Shown: piece by piece, positions 39,039 through 55,282 of the stretch
Numbering within the stretch: the first letter of the stretch is position 1
Layout of the letters: every line of letters begins with the position of its first letter
Source of the DNA: Auanema rhodensis
Taxonomy: Eukaryota; Animalia; Nematoda
DNA length: 64,000 nt
NCBI GenBank assembly: GCA_964057225.1
Contig: OZ059894.1
Span: forward strand, 15,376,001-15,440,000
Reading direction: 5' to 3'
Translations under genes and position numbers: made by a program
Notes under the pieces: generated by a model
What the model saw: only the letters and a program-made list of their open reading frames with translations
What the model was told of the DNA's origin: nothing
Databases searched by the model: none

Positions 39039-41426
39039 CTGAAAGATCAAATGAGATGAAATTCATTAATATATTTAGAATTATGTATATTTAAAAAACG
39101 AAAACATTGAATATAACCAAAGTAAATCTAGATGTGAGGTGGATTGGCAATGATACAGATGATAAGGTTGGATATTCTTATATGTTGTTGATATACAATG
39201 GGGGAGAACGCTACCAAGATCAAGAGAATGAGACAGCATAGCATCAGAGAAAGGATGTCATTCATCGATTTGCTGAAAATCTCTCCAGAAAGATTTCGGA
39301 ACCAGTTCTTTTATACTGACCATTGATGACGTCATGTAATAGCCTAAGGGCATTGAAAAGTTGATTTTAATGTATCGTAGTATCACTTAAGTATTTTACA
39401 TTTATTTGGTTCAATTTATCATTGTCTCTACATTATCGTCACTCAATTGAAACGTTGTGGTTCGAAAATGAATTTTATTGTTAAACTTATTATATTAATT
39501 ATATGTAATTTTATGTGTAAAACTATAGTTTTTAATTTGTTTGTTTGTTTTTATCGTAATGTTGTTGGAATATATGCATATGATTAGTATATTCACATTC
39601 AAAATTATCCGAAATAATCATTTATCATTTAACAAAAAAAATAGACAAAACGTTTTCAAATAAAAATGTGATTCATACAAAAATCGAAATTCTTTTCAGC
39701 AATTAGTTGATTTGATGTCTCGATCTTTGTCTACAGATTCAAGAAGTGAATCCGGAATGGCCATGATAATACTTTCAGAGGGCAATGTTCGAGGTAAATG
39801 TGGATGGCTAACAAAAGAAATAACTTTCTAAAAAATGAACAATTATTCGATTTTCTAAATATTAACTAGATGAAGATTATATAAATTAGTGAATAAACAG
39901 TATAACTTACCCTTGTTGATGATTTTCCGATACAGTTATATATAGTGAAGCAACAAAGACAGAATGAAATTAATGTTACTAACAAACAAAAAACGTTTGC
40001 ATCTTCTCGCAACATCGTTGGTATCAATTTTTATTGTTGAATAAATGCAGACAAGGTAATTCACGTGAAGCCCCACGTGAAAACCCCACGTCAATTATGT
40101 TTCAAAATCTTAATTGAACACGTAGTACATATTGTAAGTCATTTTTCGAATAAGAACGGTTGATTCAATCTTAAGAGAACTAATTTGATGAAGGTACGTT
40201 TGAATTGTTTTTAATAAAAAATTGTAAACTTTGCTTAGAAATTACTTAAAGTTTTATGTTGTTACCAAAATTTTTTTTGATAGGTTAATCCTAATCATCT
40301 ATTATCATTTAAAGCTTCGATTATGGAATACAATTCAATTGAAATTAGCTATCAATCATGTTTTCTTTATAAAGCGTAGAAATGTTAATATATTGTTAAG
40401 TAATCCATTCAATGTTCTCAATAACCGATGATATCATATGAAAATGAATTGAAATTCTTATAAACTTTTTATATATATATATTCATAAAATCGGTCAACA
40501 TGATTAAGAATCTTTTGTTTGATTATCCGATGCTATTCGACTGAGAAGAGCTACACATATTCATATTTAGTAATACTGTCTGTTATGATTATATTGATCT
40601 CGAAGATCTTATATTTTTAATATTTATAAATAAATATATTTTCATTAATTTATACGTATAAATAAAAGAAAAAAAGAAGATTATATCAATCTGTATGTAT
40701 ATTCATGTGTCTATCTATCAATCTATCTACATTTCTCCATGCCCTGTTAATATCCTAAACAACAAATCAATTGCATTTCCTGCATTTCAATTAAAAAAAA
40801 AGTGTCGAAAACTTGTCCTGATTTTCTTTTTAACATAGGCATGATACACACACACAATTTTACATAAAAAATGGAAATTTATTGGTAACCATGTATAGAG
40901 ATATCCGGATAAAAAGTTATTTCATTTTCTTATGAATTTCTTTTTTTCATGTCATCATTCTTTCTGATCCTCTCATAAACTTATACTCATTTCTTATCTT
41001 CACACACACATACACTCTCTCTCTCTCTCTCGCTCTTTCTCTCTCTCTCTCCCTCTTTATAGAACTCTTAGTTTTTTTTCCAAAACTTTCACCAGCTGTC
41101 AGAGAAAATTTTTTGAAAGAATAATCGAGTCGACCACCCATTCTAAGAAGGCCATTAACTCAAAAATATATCCCATATCGGCCTTCCTACGGATATCTCC
41201 GTTCCGAATTATTTTTTGCGTACATTTTATCACATTTCGTCATCTGATTTGCTGATCAACAGTTCACTGATTCAATGCTTGTCGTTTTGTCCTTATCTTG
41301 CTTGTTGTCATTGGGATTTATGAATGATAACACTGTGTATATGCAAATACCACAAGAGATGAGCCTTCTGGATGTGAAGTGAAGTTTCAAGACGAAAGTT
41401 TAAAACATTAAATAAGAGGTGGGAAG

Positions 41427-41427
<1 letters not shown>

Positions 41428-41520
<93 letters not shown>
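41428..41520. repeat. Compound (AAAG)n(AG)n microsatellite
   Basis: Direct observation. Confidence 0.95.
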
Positions 41521-41523
<3 letters not shown>

Positions 41524-44500
41524 TAGAAAGAAAAATAGAGAGAGAATTACTCAGAAAGAACGAGGGAAAGAGAGATTTCAGTTGATTGAAAAATTCAAGA
41601 TACATTAGATGACAAAGATAAAAGAAATGAAAGAGAGAAGAATGAGTTTAGAAAAAAACACATTGGGTGGCCGAGGAGGTGGAGAAAGAAGAAACATGGA
41701 AGTAAAAGATGCACCAGATGAATACGAATATCTGGAGATGACAGGCAACGAGTGATGAATTAAATGACCAAAAAAACTGCTGGCTAAGCACCTGGCAAGG
41801 GCTGAAGGCTGAACGTCAAAAAACTGTCAAAAAAAAATATTAGCTCGTTAAATTGTGAACGAAAGGCGATGAAAGCACAACTAGCTAGTTCCATCAGATG
41901 ATGCTCGGCCCAACGTAAAAGAGATGGTGTTCACAGAGATAAAATAAAAAAGAGAGATAGAAAGATAGACTAGAAGAAGGAATAAGGATGGGAAGATTTT
42001 AATAAAAAAAAAAGATGAAAGTGAAGACAACAAACAGCTGTCCATATTAGGTGGGCGAAGTCTTTGTGAAGGAGTATGCTTGAAGATAATCACACATTTA
42101 TCGTCGTTGTCATATAAACAGAACGTCCTCGTCCTCGTCGTTGCCTTCATGGATGATCAGACGTTTTTTCAGTCAATCCTTATCAAGTCAATGCTGAGAA
42201 TCTTTGATCATTTCATTTTTTTGTCATATAGAAATAGTGTGTAACTTAACATAGAATCCAATCACATAATCCGTTGATGGTTTTAACCAGGAAAATTCTT
42301 TTGTGTTTACTTAACAATCACATTATCATTCATGCTATTTCTTTTCTTTCAGTAAGTAAAATTTTTATTTTTTAAAATAATTATTATAAACTTCCGTTGA
42401 ATCATATCATTTTCTGAATTATGAACGACATTTCAAAAATTGAAAAGAAAAATCAAGCAAAATCTACTAAAGGAAGTGGTCTTTTCTATTCTGCTCATCT
42501 ACTTCAAACATAGAACTACATCATAATCTAAAGTTTTCAATCATTTCGAGCATGATTTTTTTTACTTTTAAATATTTTCTTGTAGCTATAACGGCCAATC
42601 CTTCTCCCATTCTCTCTTTGTCTCTCTGCCCCCCTCTCTCTTTACCTCTTTTAATCACACTATGCTATCTCTTATTCTCTCTTAGTATCATTTACTGCCA
42701 CTTTCTTTAACAATTTTTGACATTTATGTTCCTCTCGAGTTTTCAGAGACACTGAATCTATGTAATCGAAAAGATTCACCAATTGTAATTAGCCTTGATT
42801 CTTTTATTTGCTTCTCCTTAGAGTTTAACGTTTTGCAGACTGGGTGGGCTGGAGCAAGCCTTCAGGGATATTCAGTCATTTGTTCTTCAATCACTTTTTT
42901 CTTTTTCGTTTTTGAATTTGGCCGTTTTATTTCCGTTTTCAAACTACCACAGTTCTTCCGCTCTCATGATGCCTTTCAGTTTCTTTGTTTTGTGCAAGTG
43001 TCAGAGTAATACTTTATAAACTTTACTTTTCATATTTTTTCATTGATTTCTTTAACATAATCCAGCTATAATCAATGTACTAATATAGCCTCAGGGTGAT
43101 ATTAGATCTTTTCGTGTACTTTTCAAACAAATTAACATTACGGATGTTCTGTTTTTAAACTATAGAGTAGAGAAGCAGATCAATACGAGGAGACAACCTA
43201 AATTTGTAAATTCAGGCTATACCTTTGGGTGATAACTTCTTTTTCAGATACACCAAGTAGATATACATTGTTGTAACTATTCTCGAAAAGTTGCTGTAAA
43301 TGATCTTGAAGTTGGGCTACTTTCGATCGTTTTAGTTCCTCCGAGTGTAAAACGCCTTTCGCTTCATATTTATCGTTTTTTTTCTACTACAGTTCATGTA
43401 TAACTCACTCATCAATCGAAGCTTTTTTGTTCTATCGCTAGAACTGATCATAACTATCGATGGACCACACACTCTGTTGGAGCCTTACTATTCGATATTC
43501 TTTCATTTTCATTTTCTTTTTTTTTCATCTTCCCTTGAATAGTCTTCTGCAATTCAATCTCAGAGTCTTTCACCATCAGTTTCTTCGTCTGTCCGTTTCT
43601 AAACCCGTGTGTGTGTGTGAGAGTGCGAATGCGATTTATTTATTGCTCGTAGCACAGGCGTTCCTTCTGTCTCTTTTTTCCATTCCTCTCTCTCTCTCTT
43701 TATATATATATATCTTATTCCTCTTTCCCTTATTCACAAGTTTTATGGTAAAGGTGTTTTATTATATAAGTATTTTTTCTAATGTATTCCATATACTATA
43801 AACGGAATATATGTATAGGGCTTACATCCAAAAAAACTTCATATTCGCACTTTTTTTCTCTCAAAAACCTGGTTAAAAACTATTCAGAAGGAGGAGCTGC
43901 AGGACCACCCAGGCGTTCATTCTCAAGGACAGATTCAACTGAATCAGTTACAGATGTTCGCACTAACCTGGAAAAATCCGGCTCACGTCAATCTTCTTTA
44001 TAACTTTCGTTGTTTCATGATTTTGCTTCTTAACACTCTGTTGTTTCATCTGAATCTCACTCAGACAGTTTAAGTTTAAGTTTCTCAAGTTTAATCTGGC
44101 ACTTGATTTTCCTGGTTATTTCAAAACTTGATTGAAAGAAAAGATTTCGATGATGTTGTTATGAGTATTATCCGTTTTTACAATTTTTTTCAAATAAAAA
44201 TTTTAATCAATCAAACTAAAATCCGATTCAGATTCCAGACAGGGAGTCGTCTGAAAACTTGAGAATAAGTTGAAATGTCTGTTTTGTCGAACGTTTTCTT
44301 TAGTAGTTTTAGTTATTAGCTCTTTGTTTAGCGAAATATCATCATTTTTATTGAAAAATAAGAAATTGTTTGAAATTAGTTTTCTTATCAATAATTTTAG
44401 TTGTATTAACATCAATTTATCTGAATTTCTTACATTTTCTTCTCATTTTTGGTGAGTTTTCTGAACTGAGGAATATTGAAGATGTTTCAATTCTAGTATT

Positions 44501-44915
44501 ATACTTATCTGAATAGCTTGAAATTTCTTTTTTTCACTATAATCAATCTTTTTTTTATGTTTTTCTTTCTTCTAAATTATTGAACTATTGGTTTTGAAGA
44601 AAAAAACACAACCAATAAGAAAACAGAGAAGGCGGAGCCACAGTAAAAGTAAAGACATGCTTTCAACGACTATCTCGAACAATTTTTACCGATTCTATTC
44701 TACGATTTGCTGGTTTTTCATTATTTTTCTTAATTTAATTTTGTTATTTATATATTCTGAAAACGGAAATAGTTTTTGTAGAATCATATCAGATGATTTT
44801 ATAATGATAATTCGTTCGATTCTACGAATTGTTTTCTTCCTGTTCTTATCAAATATTGAAACAAAAAATAATTTTTGTTCTATCTTAATTAATCAATAAT
44901 GAAAATATTTAAGAT

Positions 44916-47588
<2,673 letters not shown>

Positions 47589-49123
47589 GCTCAGATGAAA
47601 TGCTGATGTCAACAGCGTAACATCTAAGAAAAGTCAGACCTTTATTTCCGAAGTATTGAATAATGTAACCAAAATATAAATTTTTGTGCTCATGAGACCT
47701 CAAACTTTTTTTCAAATTGTCTTGGCTGGAAATATTTTTTTTCCTTCTATAAGTACATCTGGTATAATATCAGATAAATTATTATTTATTGATAAGAACG
47801 TGGCGTATAACTTGAAACTACAACTTAATTATACTCCAACGTTTTTCTTTAATATATGAATTGTTGTTTTATTTCGCTCCTTCCAGCTTATGTGTTTCTC
47901 AAATGTTTTTATTGGCTGATGCTTTACTGATACGTGTCCATAATTCTTGTGCATAATATGAAACTTTAATTATTATTATTATTATTATTATTTATATAAA
48001 TTAATAATTATTATGTTGATACCCAGTTATATTTGCTAATGTGGTCAGTAAAATTCTTATGTGAATTTTACTTTTTGTATGTACTCTATTGGTTTCTTTT
48101 CTTGTTTTCATTGAATGCAACATGAACTTATTTTCATATTTAAAAGTATTTTTCTTATAACATTATGCAAAACTTCCATTAAAAACGATCTCGTATGTGA
48201 TGTACCTTGAAATCAAAAAAACATACGATAAACTCATTTCTAACTTTTTTTCTAAAAGTTTTATTATAAGTAATGAATCTTAAACTATTGAAAACTTTTT
48301 TTTAATCTTCAATTACGTTCATCTACATAAATTAAAATGAAAGTAATAGTAGTAGTTGTAGTAATATGATATAAATGGCCTGAGAAGTGGGTCAGGCTCA
48401 GACATTTTTCAGCTAAAATCACTCAAGTAGCTGTCAGAATTTTTTTTTGTTTTTGGCAATTGAAGAAAGAAAAACCTAAAATACTCCTTCATACTTCATT
48501 ATGGCTTAGAGTCATTAGGAAACAATTTTCTTGTCATTCAGAAATGAGAAGGACCCATGCTTAACATTCAATTTAGCCCTTTTCTCTTGAACTGCTTCGA
48601 AATGAGATAATGATCCCAGCGGTTTGGGTGCCAGATATGGAAATGAGAGTAAATCGTGAGTACGAGAGACAAAATGAGTTAAAGAGAAAACAATTGATGT
48701 AGGAGGTCCCAAAGGCAGATGTTAGCAGTAGACCTCCTTTAGACCTCATGTGTCTGTTTCTCTGCCACCGTTTGTGAAAGTCAATGTGCATTCACGCCTA
48801 TAAAAAACAAGTAATATTTCAATTGTCTTCAATGAACATTCACAAGGAGAAATGAAAAGATTAGAAAAATGCCTTAATGGCCTCGATGAAATCAATATGA
48901 AAATATGGACATGAAGATAATGGGTGGGCTCAAATCTTCATTAGATCAGAAAGGAAATTTTAGTTAAAATTCCATGAATATTATAGGGAGGAAATAGCTT
49001 CACTAACAAGCAAATATACTGCACAAACATATAAATTGATGTGGGTTTGCTTCATTTGTATAGTTAAAATTCTGGTCGTAAACCTGTCAAAATCATGGCT
49101 AGAAACTTTTCACCCGCTTTCAG

Positions 49124-49206
49124 CCGTCGATAGCTCAGTTGGTAGAGCGGAGGACTGTAGAGTTGTGGGCATCCTTAGGTCGCTGGTTCGAATCCGGCTC
49201 GACGGA
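49124..49206 (+). tRNA. tRNA-Tyr(GTA) with a 10-nt intron (49161-49170)
   Basis: CCGTCGA TAGCTCAGTTGGTAGAGC GGAGGACTGTAG [agttgtgggc] ATCCTTAGGTCGCTGGTTCGAATCCGGC TCGACGGA; mature length 73 nt; T-run downstream. Confidence 0.96.
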
Positions 49207-52200
49207 GTTTCTTTTGCTTTTTTAGATTAATGGAATACTGTGCAAATTTTCAAATAGCAAGCAACTATCCATATTTTATTTTGAATATTGGACAGTGAGG
49301 AAAAGTTGAGAATTTTTTCAAAGTATCTTGGTTGTATACTCTTAAACGAAAACGCTTTAGAATTTTTCTGAATTGTAGAATATAATTCTCATATCTTATG
49401 ACTAAACGAAAATATTTTTCTCGGCAAGAAGGTTTTTGGAAAGCCAGAGTTATATTACGTTCCTTAAAGATGTTTTAACAGGTGTATATTACATGTTTAA
49501 CCATTGAAGTTAAACTTATCATCTCAACAATGAAAATAAGGCATTTTACTGCTTTAAACTAAAATCTGTTCAGAACAAAATTACTGAAAAAATATATTTA
49601 TTATGAAAAAAAAAGACAACCGCTCTTCAGATATTAATAAATTAAAATGACGACATTTGAATAAGAATAAATAAATATGTTTTTACGTGAAATTCACGTA
49701 TTCCTATTACGTTTTCACGTGTACTTTTAGATTTAAATGACAAAACCCCCCTTACATACTAGTGATATAATTTCGTTTATTTCAACGATATATATTTGAA
49801 ATGAAGTAGCAAAATCAATAAGCTTATCAATCATTTTTTTGTTGTTTTTTAGCGATTCGATATTTTTTGCGTTGTAGAAGATTTTTTATTTCATTTTTTT
49901 TCTAATAAAACGTTTAATAATCTTTGAAAACCTCTATATTTTTTTATTTTTGGAAATTATTTATTCTGGTATTTAGCTTGTTAGGAATCTGTTCCGATTT
50001 CAAGCTAAATTGAATGCTTAGAGAAATCGTTAGCATAAATAGCATTGTATGCCTATGTCGGTTGAGATTAAATTAAATATCCAGCCATATGTATTGACAT
50101 CTTTTAATTAAAAGTATTCTATTAGTGAATGAATTTAACTTTATATCTTGTAACAATTGTTATTTTCAAACATTTATATTTTAAGTTAAAGTTAAACATC
50201 TGTTCCTATTTCATATATTTCAGATTATTATCAAAATATTAACAAAACATGTATAGGTTAAGACAACAATATTTCATGAAAATTGACTTTTAAACGAAAA
50301 AAAAATCTTCTTTTCAAGATTTATTGCTTTATTTTACAAGTAGATAGCTAATATGTATGCTTTCGCCTCAATCTTACTTGACAATCAGATTAAAATCGGT
50401 GGTTTCGTTTTGTTTTGATTATAATCCTGAAGTTGACAACTACTGCCCATTGAATCTTAATTTGAATATGTACATTTGTAGATTAACAATAAATATTAAT
50501 ATATAATATAAAATAAATAATTATAGCATTATGTGTATATATTTAGTAAAAAGTTATAATGCCTTGAGGCTGTTTGTCTCTTTATAACTCTTTCTTCTAT
50601 CCCCACTCTCTCATTATATCACAGGTCAGGCAGACTGAATATAAGTGAGTGATGTCGTGACGAGGCTTTTATGCCAAAAACAAAGCAGAAAGTTCGATTT
50701 TGTTAGCAATATCGCTATGGTTGCCTATATATGCATTCGTTTTCATCCGAATTCATCGTATACAGGAACTTCAAATGTATTTTCCATCAAAAGTTTTCTC
50801 AAGCATTATGATGTATATGAGCATTATTCAAATGAGAATTATCAATAATATTCTTCAAGTTATTAAAGAAAACAGTTCATTTTTCTTTTTAAAATTGTCA
50901 ACTACTGCTGAAATATTCGTCGTTTTCGTATAGGGGAACGAGAAAAAGGAGAGAGAGAGAAAGAGAAATAAGGAAAGAAAGAGAGAGAGAGAGAGATGAG
51001 AATCAATAATGTACATGCATTGCTCCCGTCCGTCCAGCTTGCCAATGCTTCTTTTAGTGCAGAATAACTAAAAGCCTAGCTATTTTCTACAAGTTTTTAT
51101 GCTAATGTTCATTAACTATATGTATATTTTACTGTTTACCTAATCATAATGCTAATATTCATAACGATTATTCACGAGCTATGGCTGTAACTAAATTTGA
51201 TTTCTCTTAATGTCTTCATATTTCATTCAGTTCTTGTTCATTTTTCCCATATCATTTGCAGATATAAAATTGAAAAAAAAAAGAGTTTTTTTCTTCTTTT
51301 ATTAAACTGAATAATATTTGTTTCTTTTAATATCTTTTGAATTTGAATTGAATTTAGCTTTGAAACATATTTTTCAAATAGTAATCAAACTCTTTCAACC
51401 AGTATAATACCTTGTTCATGATGACTTTAGGTTGAAACGTTGAAAGGTTTTAAGTTTGCTTTTATGATTTCTTTTCTTATGTATGTATGGATATAACTCA
51501 ATAGTTCGCTTTTTTTTGCAAAAAAATTGCTTCAAGCTGTGAAAGAAATAATTTTGAACACTGTCCACAAGAGAGTGATTATGCTTCAGATTGTTCAACA
51601 ACTATTCCCTTAAGTATGCTTGTAGATGGAACATTTCCTTTCAACTAATCTTATTCATATCAATTCCTATTGGGCACTTAATCCGGAAGCCAATTGAGAA
51701 TTTTTGAAATCAGCTATGATAAAAATGCATTGCTATTCAAACTTTTATGACTAAAAAAGTTGAAATCTTTGAACTTCAAGCTAAATCTTCTCGTAAAGCC
51801 TTGCGACAACTTCCCTTCCGTCATGCCACAAACTAATGATTTATAGCTTTTACATTTAAAATTCAAAATATTAAATGATTGTAGCTATAATTAGAAAGGT
51901 GAGTATGCAACAAACAAAATGATCAGAATGTACTCTTATTTTTAAGATTTTTCTATTATTTATTTTGAAAATTAGTTCATCAAATAGCTATAACTTACTA
52001 GAATATGTATGTTGAATAGGAAATTTTAAAAATTAGATATTTCTGATAGAGGAAAGAGAGAGAGAGAGCAATTCAAGGTTATACATATACAATATAACAT
52101 ACAAAAGGAAGAGATCTAACGTAAAATAAAGAAAACGATAAAGAGAAAAGAAGATAGCGAGGGAAATAGAGAGAGAGAAAGAGGGAGAGAGAGAGAGGTA

Positions 52201-52527
52201 GAGTGAACATTAGAAAAAGAGGCGAAAGGTAAAAGGGAAAAGTTGAGATCAGTTGAATGAAACTGGAATCATACACCATGCTACTACATCAATTTTCTAG
52301 TGATTTCTTTTGATTTTTTAACTCAGTATGTATTGATTTTTCAACTTTAAGCATTTATTTTGAATATTTAAAAAAAAATTCAATTAGTAGTTTTCCTATT
52401 TCAATAAGCCTTAGCTTATCTCTATTATAACATTATCTCGTTAACGGTGGAGTTGACAGGTTGTAATAGGAAGGAAAAGCAAAAGTGTATACAACTAATA
52501 GAAAACGATAGAGAGAAGAAAATATTA

Positions 52528-52558
<31 letters not shown>

Positions 52559-53579
52559 CCTATCTTTCCTATTTTTTTCCCTAAAGCTATGGTTTCGGCA
52601 GTTCACAGAACTGCTTGCAGGAATTCTATTCTTAGTTTACGTATGTTCCCTTTTTATAAAAAATATAATTATATATTCGATGATATTTGATTTGATATCT
52701 GTTAAGAATATTTTATTTATAAATATATACAAAAATATATTATAATATACAAACTATTGTACTTTTATTGATAATTTGTATATTGATTATATAATTATTC
52801 AATTTTTCTCTCATTTTTTATCAATTTTTTAATGAATATATATATATATACATATCTATTTATATATTATATTTCTCATAATAATATGAATAGTGTTGGA
52901 CTCATTTTTGCTTTCACTCAACCTTCTCGATGAAACTGACTCACATAATTCGGCCGGAAATCAATAAATTCATTTGGGCATTTGGACAATAGCATCATGA
53001 TTCAATTCCAATTAGAATTGTTATTAAGGAAAAAAATAAGTAAAAGAATCTAGTTAAATAGTTTATATATTTTATTCAAAATTCATTAACTATATCAGAT
53101 AATTAATTAAATTCTTCAATGATTTCTAAAGAAAAAAAAACGTATATGCGAAATACGACTTTTTCATAAGAATAAAGGATAGCCTATTCTAAAATAGAGG
53201 CAAAAAGTTCTTTCATATATAGTTTTTTTCCTTCTTCCTACATCTTACGTTCCGCTTGTTTAGTTTTTTCCCAGGGTTAACGGGCTTTATATTTTATCTT
53301 TTGCTTCAACTAAACTATACAAAGTAATATATGGAATATTACTTAACTTATACCTAGTCTTACCTATTCATTTTCTTTTATTTTTCTTAAAAAACTTTAT
53401 TTAATCTAATAATATAAAGTTATTTATTCCCTCTTTATTTTTATATTTAATTTTAATGTTTGTTATGTTATTCCTCAAGAAAATAAAAGATATTTTTTTA
53501 AACAAAAGTTTGTGTATATGAATGTAATAGTATGTACATCATACGAAATGAAATTTTTTTTCTGATTTCTTTTTATCTT

Positions 53580-53643
<64 letters not shown>
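53580..53643. repeat. (CT)n microsatellite
   Basis: Direct observation. Confidence 0.95.
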
Positions 53644-53645
<2 letters not shown>

Positions 53646-54376
53646 TCTTTCTCTCTTTATGCCTTTCTCTTTCTCACCTTTTATGTACCTCAATCATTGA
53701 TGATATTTGATACTTGTATTACGAAAATAAACAGAATTGGATAGAGAATCTGAAATTGAACTACAAACGGCGAAGCTTTTCTTTCCTTTATACCAAACAA
53801 GTTATTCGTTATTTTTTCACATTTTTCTCTAAATCAATACATATTTTCATAATAGTTATGATTTCTATACTTCTTTATTCAATTCCTTTTATAAATTAAC
53901 TATATAAAGTATAAAAGTTATCTATTTTAATGATGTCACATGTATAAATGCTATATATAGTATTTCATTTTAATTAATATTAACATGTAGAGCGGTTGAA
54001 TTTATAAAGAATTCTAGAATTTATACTATATAGTATTGAATATTTCTTTATTCTTGTATATTTTAATAATATTGATTAATATTATATTTACTTGAACTTC
54101 TTTATTTGGAAATCATTGACGACTTAGAATTTTGTTTTCTTATTGTTTGTTTTCGTATCCATTTAAAGTTTTTGTAGTAGTATATATTATAAATAACAAA
54201 TATAATATATATTTATATATTATATGATATAGTAAAAATGAGTTTAGTTGATTTGAATGTGAGTTGACCGTCACTATAAATTCAAATAGAAATTCGAATA
54301 GTATGAACAGTTGTAGTAAATGTGTGTACCAACTACTGGAGCTCGACGTCATTCACTCCGCTCAGCTTCGCCGGTT

Positions 54377-55282
54377 TTAGTTACATTCAGTGAACAAAGA
54401 AAGGAACATACGATGCGCTGCTACCTTTATGAACAAAGATTCATTGAAAATAAAACTTTCTTCATGATGATGAATAGAAGTTCTAACTTGCAGACTTAAT
54501 GTTCTGTCCACGCGAAGCATTTCTTTCAATGTAAGTGCAAGCTGTGTGCATCCAGATGAGAGCAACGGTTTGAAATTTGTTTGCTCAGCTTTGCCACGTT
54601 CATCAAGCTACTTTCTTGTGCTTTAGGCTATTGAAAAATAATTTTCTTATCCTCCAATTTAACTGCTGTCAATTCGAAAATCAACAAATGTTCTGTTTAT
54701 GTTTATTTTGAATTAAAACTTTCTACAACAATAGTTTTGGATGAAAAAAAATTATAGTAGAATGCACTTGCTAGTTGTAACAATCGTTTTACTTCCATCA
54801 AAACATTCTTCTTCCACACATCTGTTCTATTTCCTCTCGGCTATTCAATCTCATCGGTATATCTCATGAAAAAATTGATTCTATATGCTTTCATACAACC
54901 AAAAAACTATGAAACGATTCAATTTCATGTTCAATTTCAGTAATCAAACGTTTTCTAGTCAATATAAATCCTAAAATAGGTTATTAAACTATTGCAAATA
55001 AAAAAAATCTGCAATTAAAAGACAAATATCTACTTGATAAACCACCATTTTATACATTTCCAGCAATTTCTATCATTTTTTAACAATTTCAACTGTCGCA
55101 ACTAATTATTGGAACGTCTTTCTTAATCAATTGATCTTGTGAATTTGTCAGAAATGGTCATTTGAGACAGCAAATTGATTGTAAAGGCAATGCCCAGAAT
55201 TTATCAGTTGCATTCATCTCTACTCCCATCTGTTTCCGAAATGATTTCAGCATCTTCTTCAGTTGTGAATCTTCGTTTTCTG
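54377..55282 (-). CDS. Possible multi-exon gene of unknown function; 5' end unresolved
   Basis: Exon-like segments join in frame: KLLEMYKMV | PRGNRTDVWKKNVLMEVKRLLQL | LDERGKAEQTNFKPLLSSGCTQLALTLKEMLRVDRTLSLQ | VAAHRMFLSLFTECN*. Upstream segment ENEDSQLKKMLKSFRKQMGVEMNATDKFW. One junction needs a GC donor and one could not be resolved. Confidence 0.4.

Noticed and set aside
54377-54610. Kinase C-lobe assignment for LKEMLRVDRTLSLQVAAHRMF
   Set aside because: Superficial resemblance only; no HRD/DFG/APE motifs found upstream.
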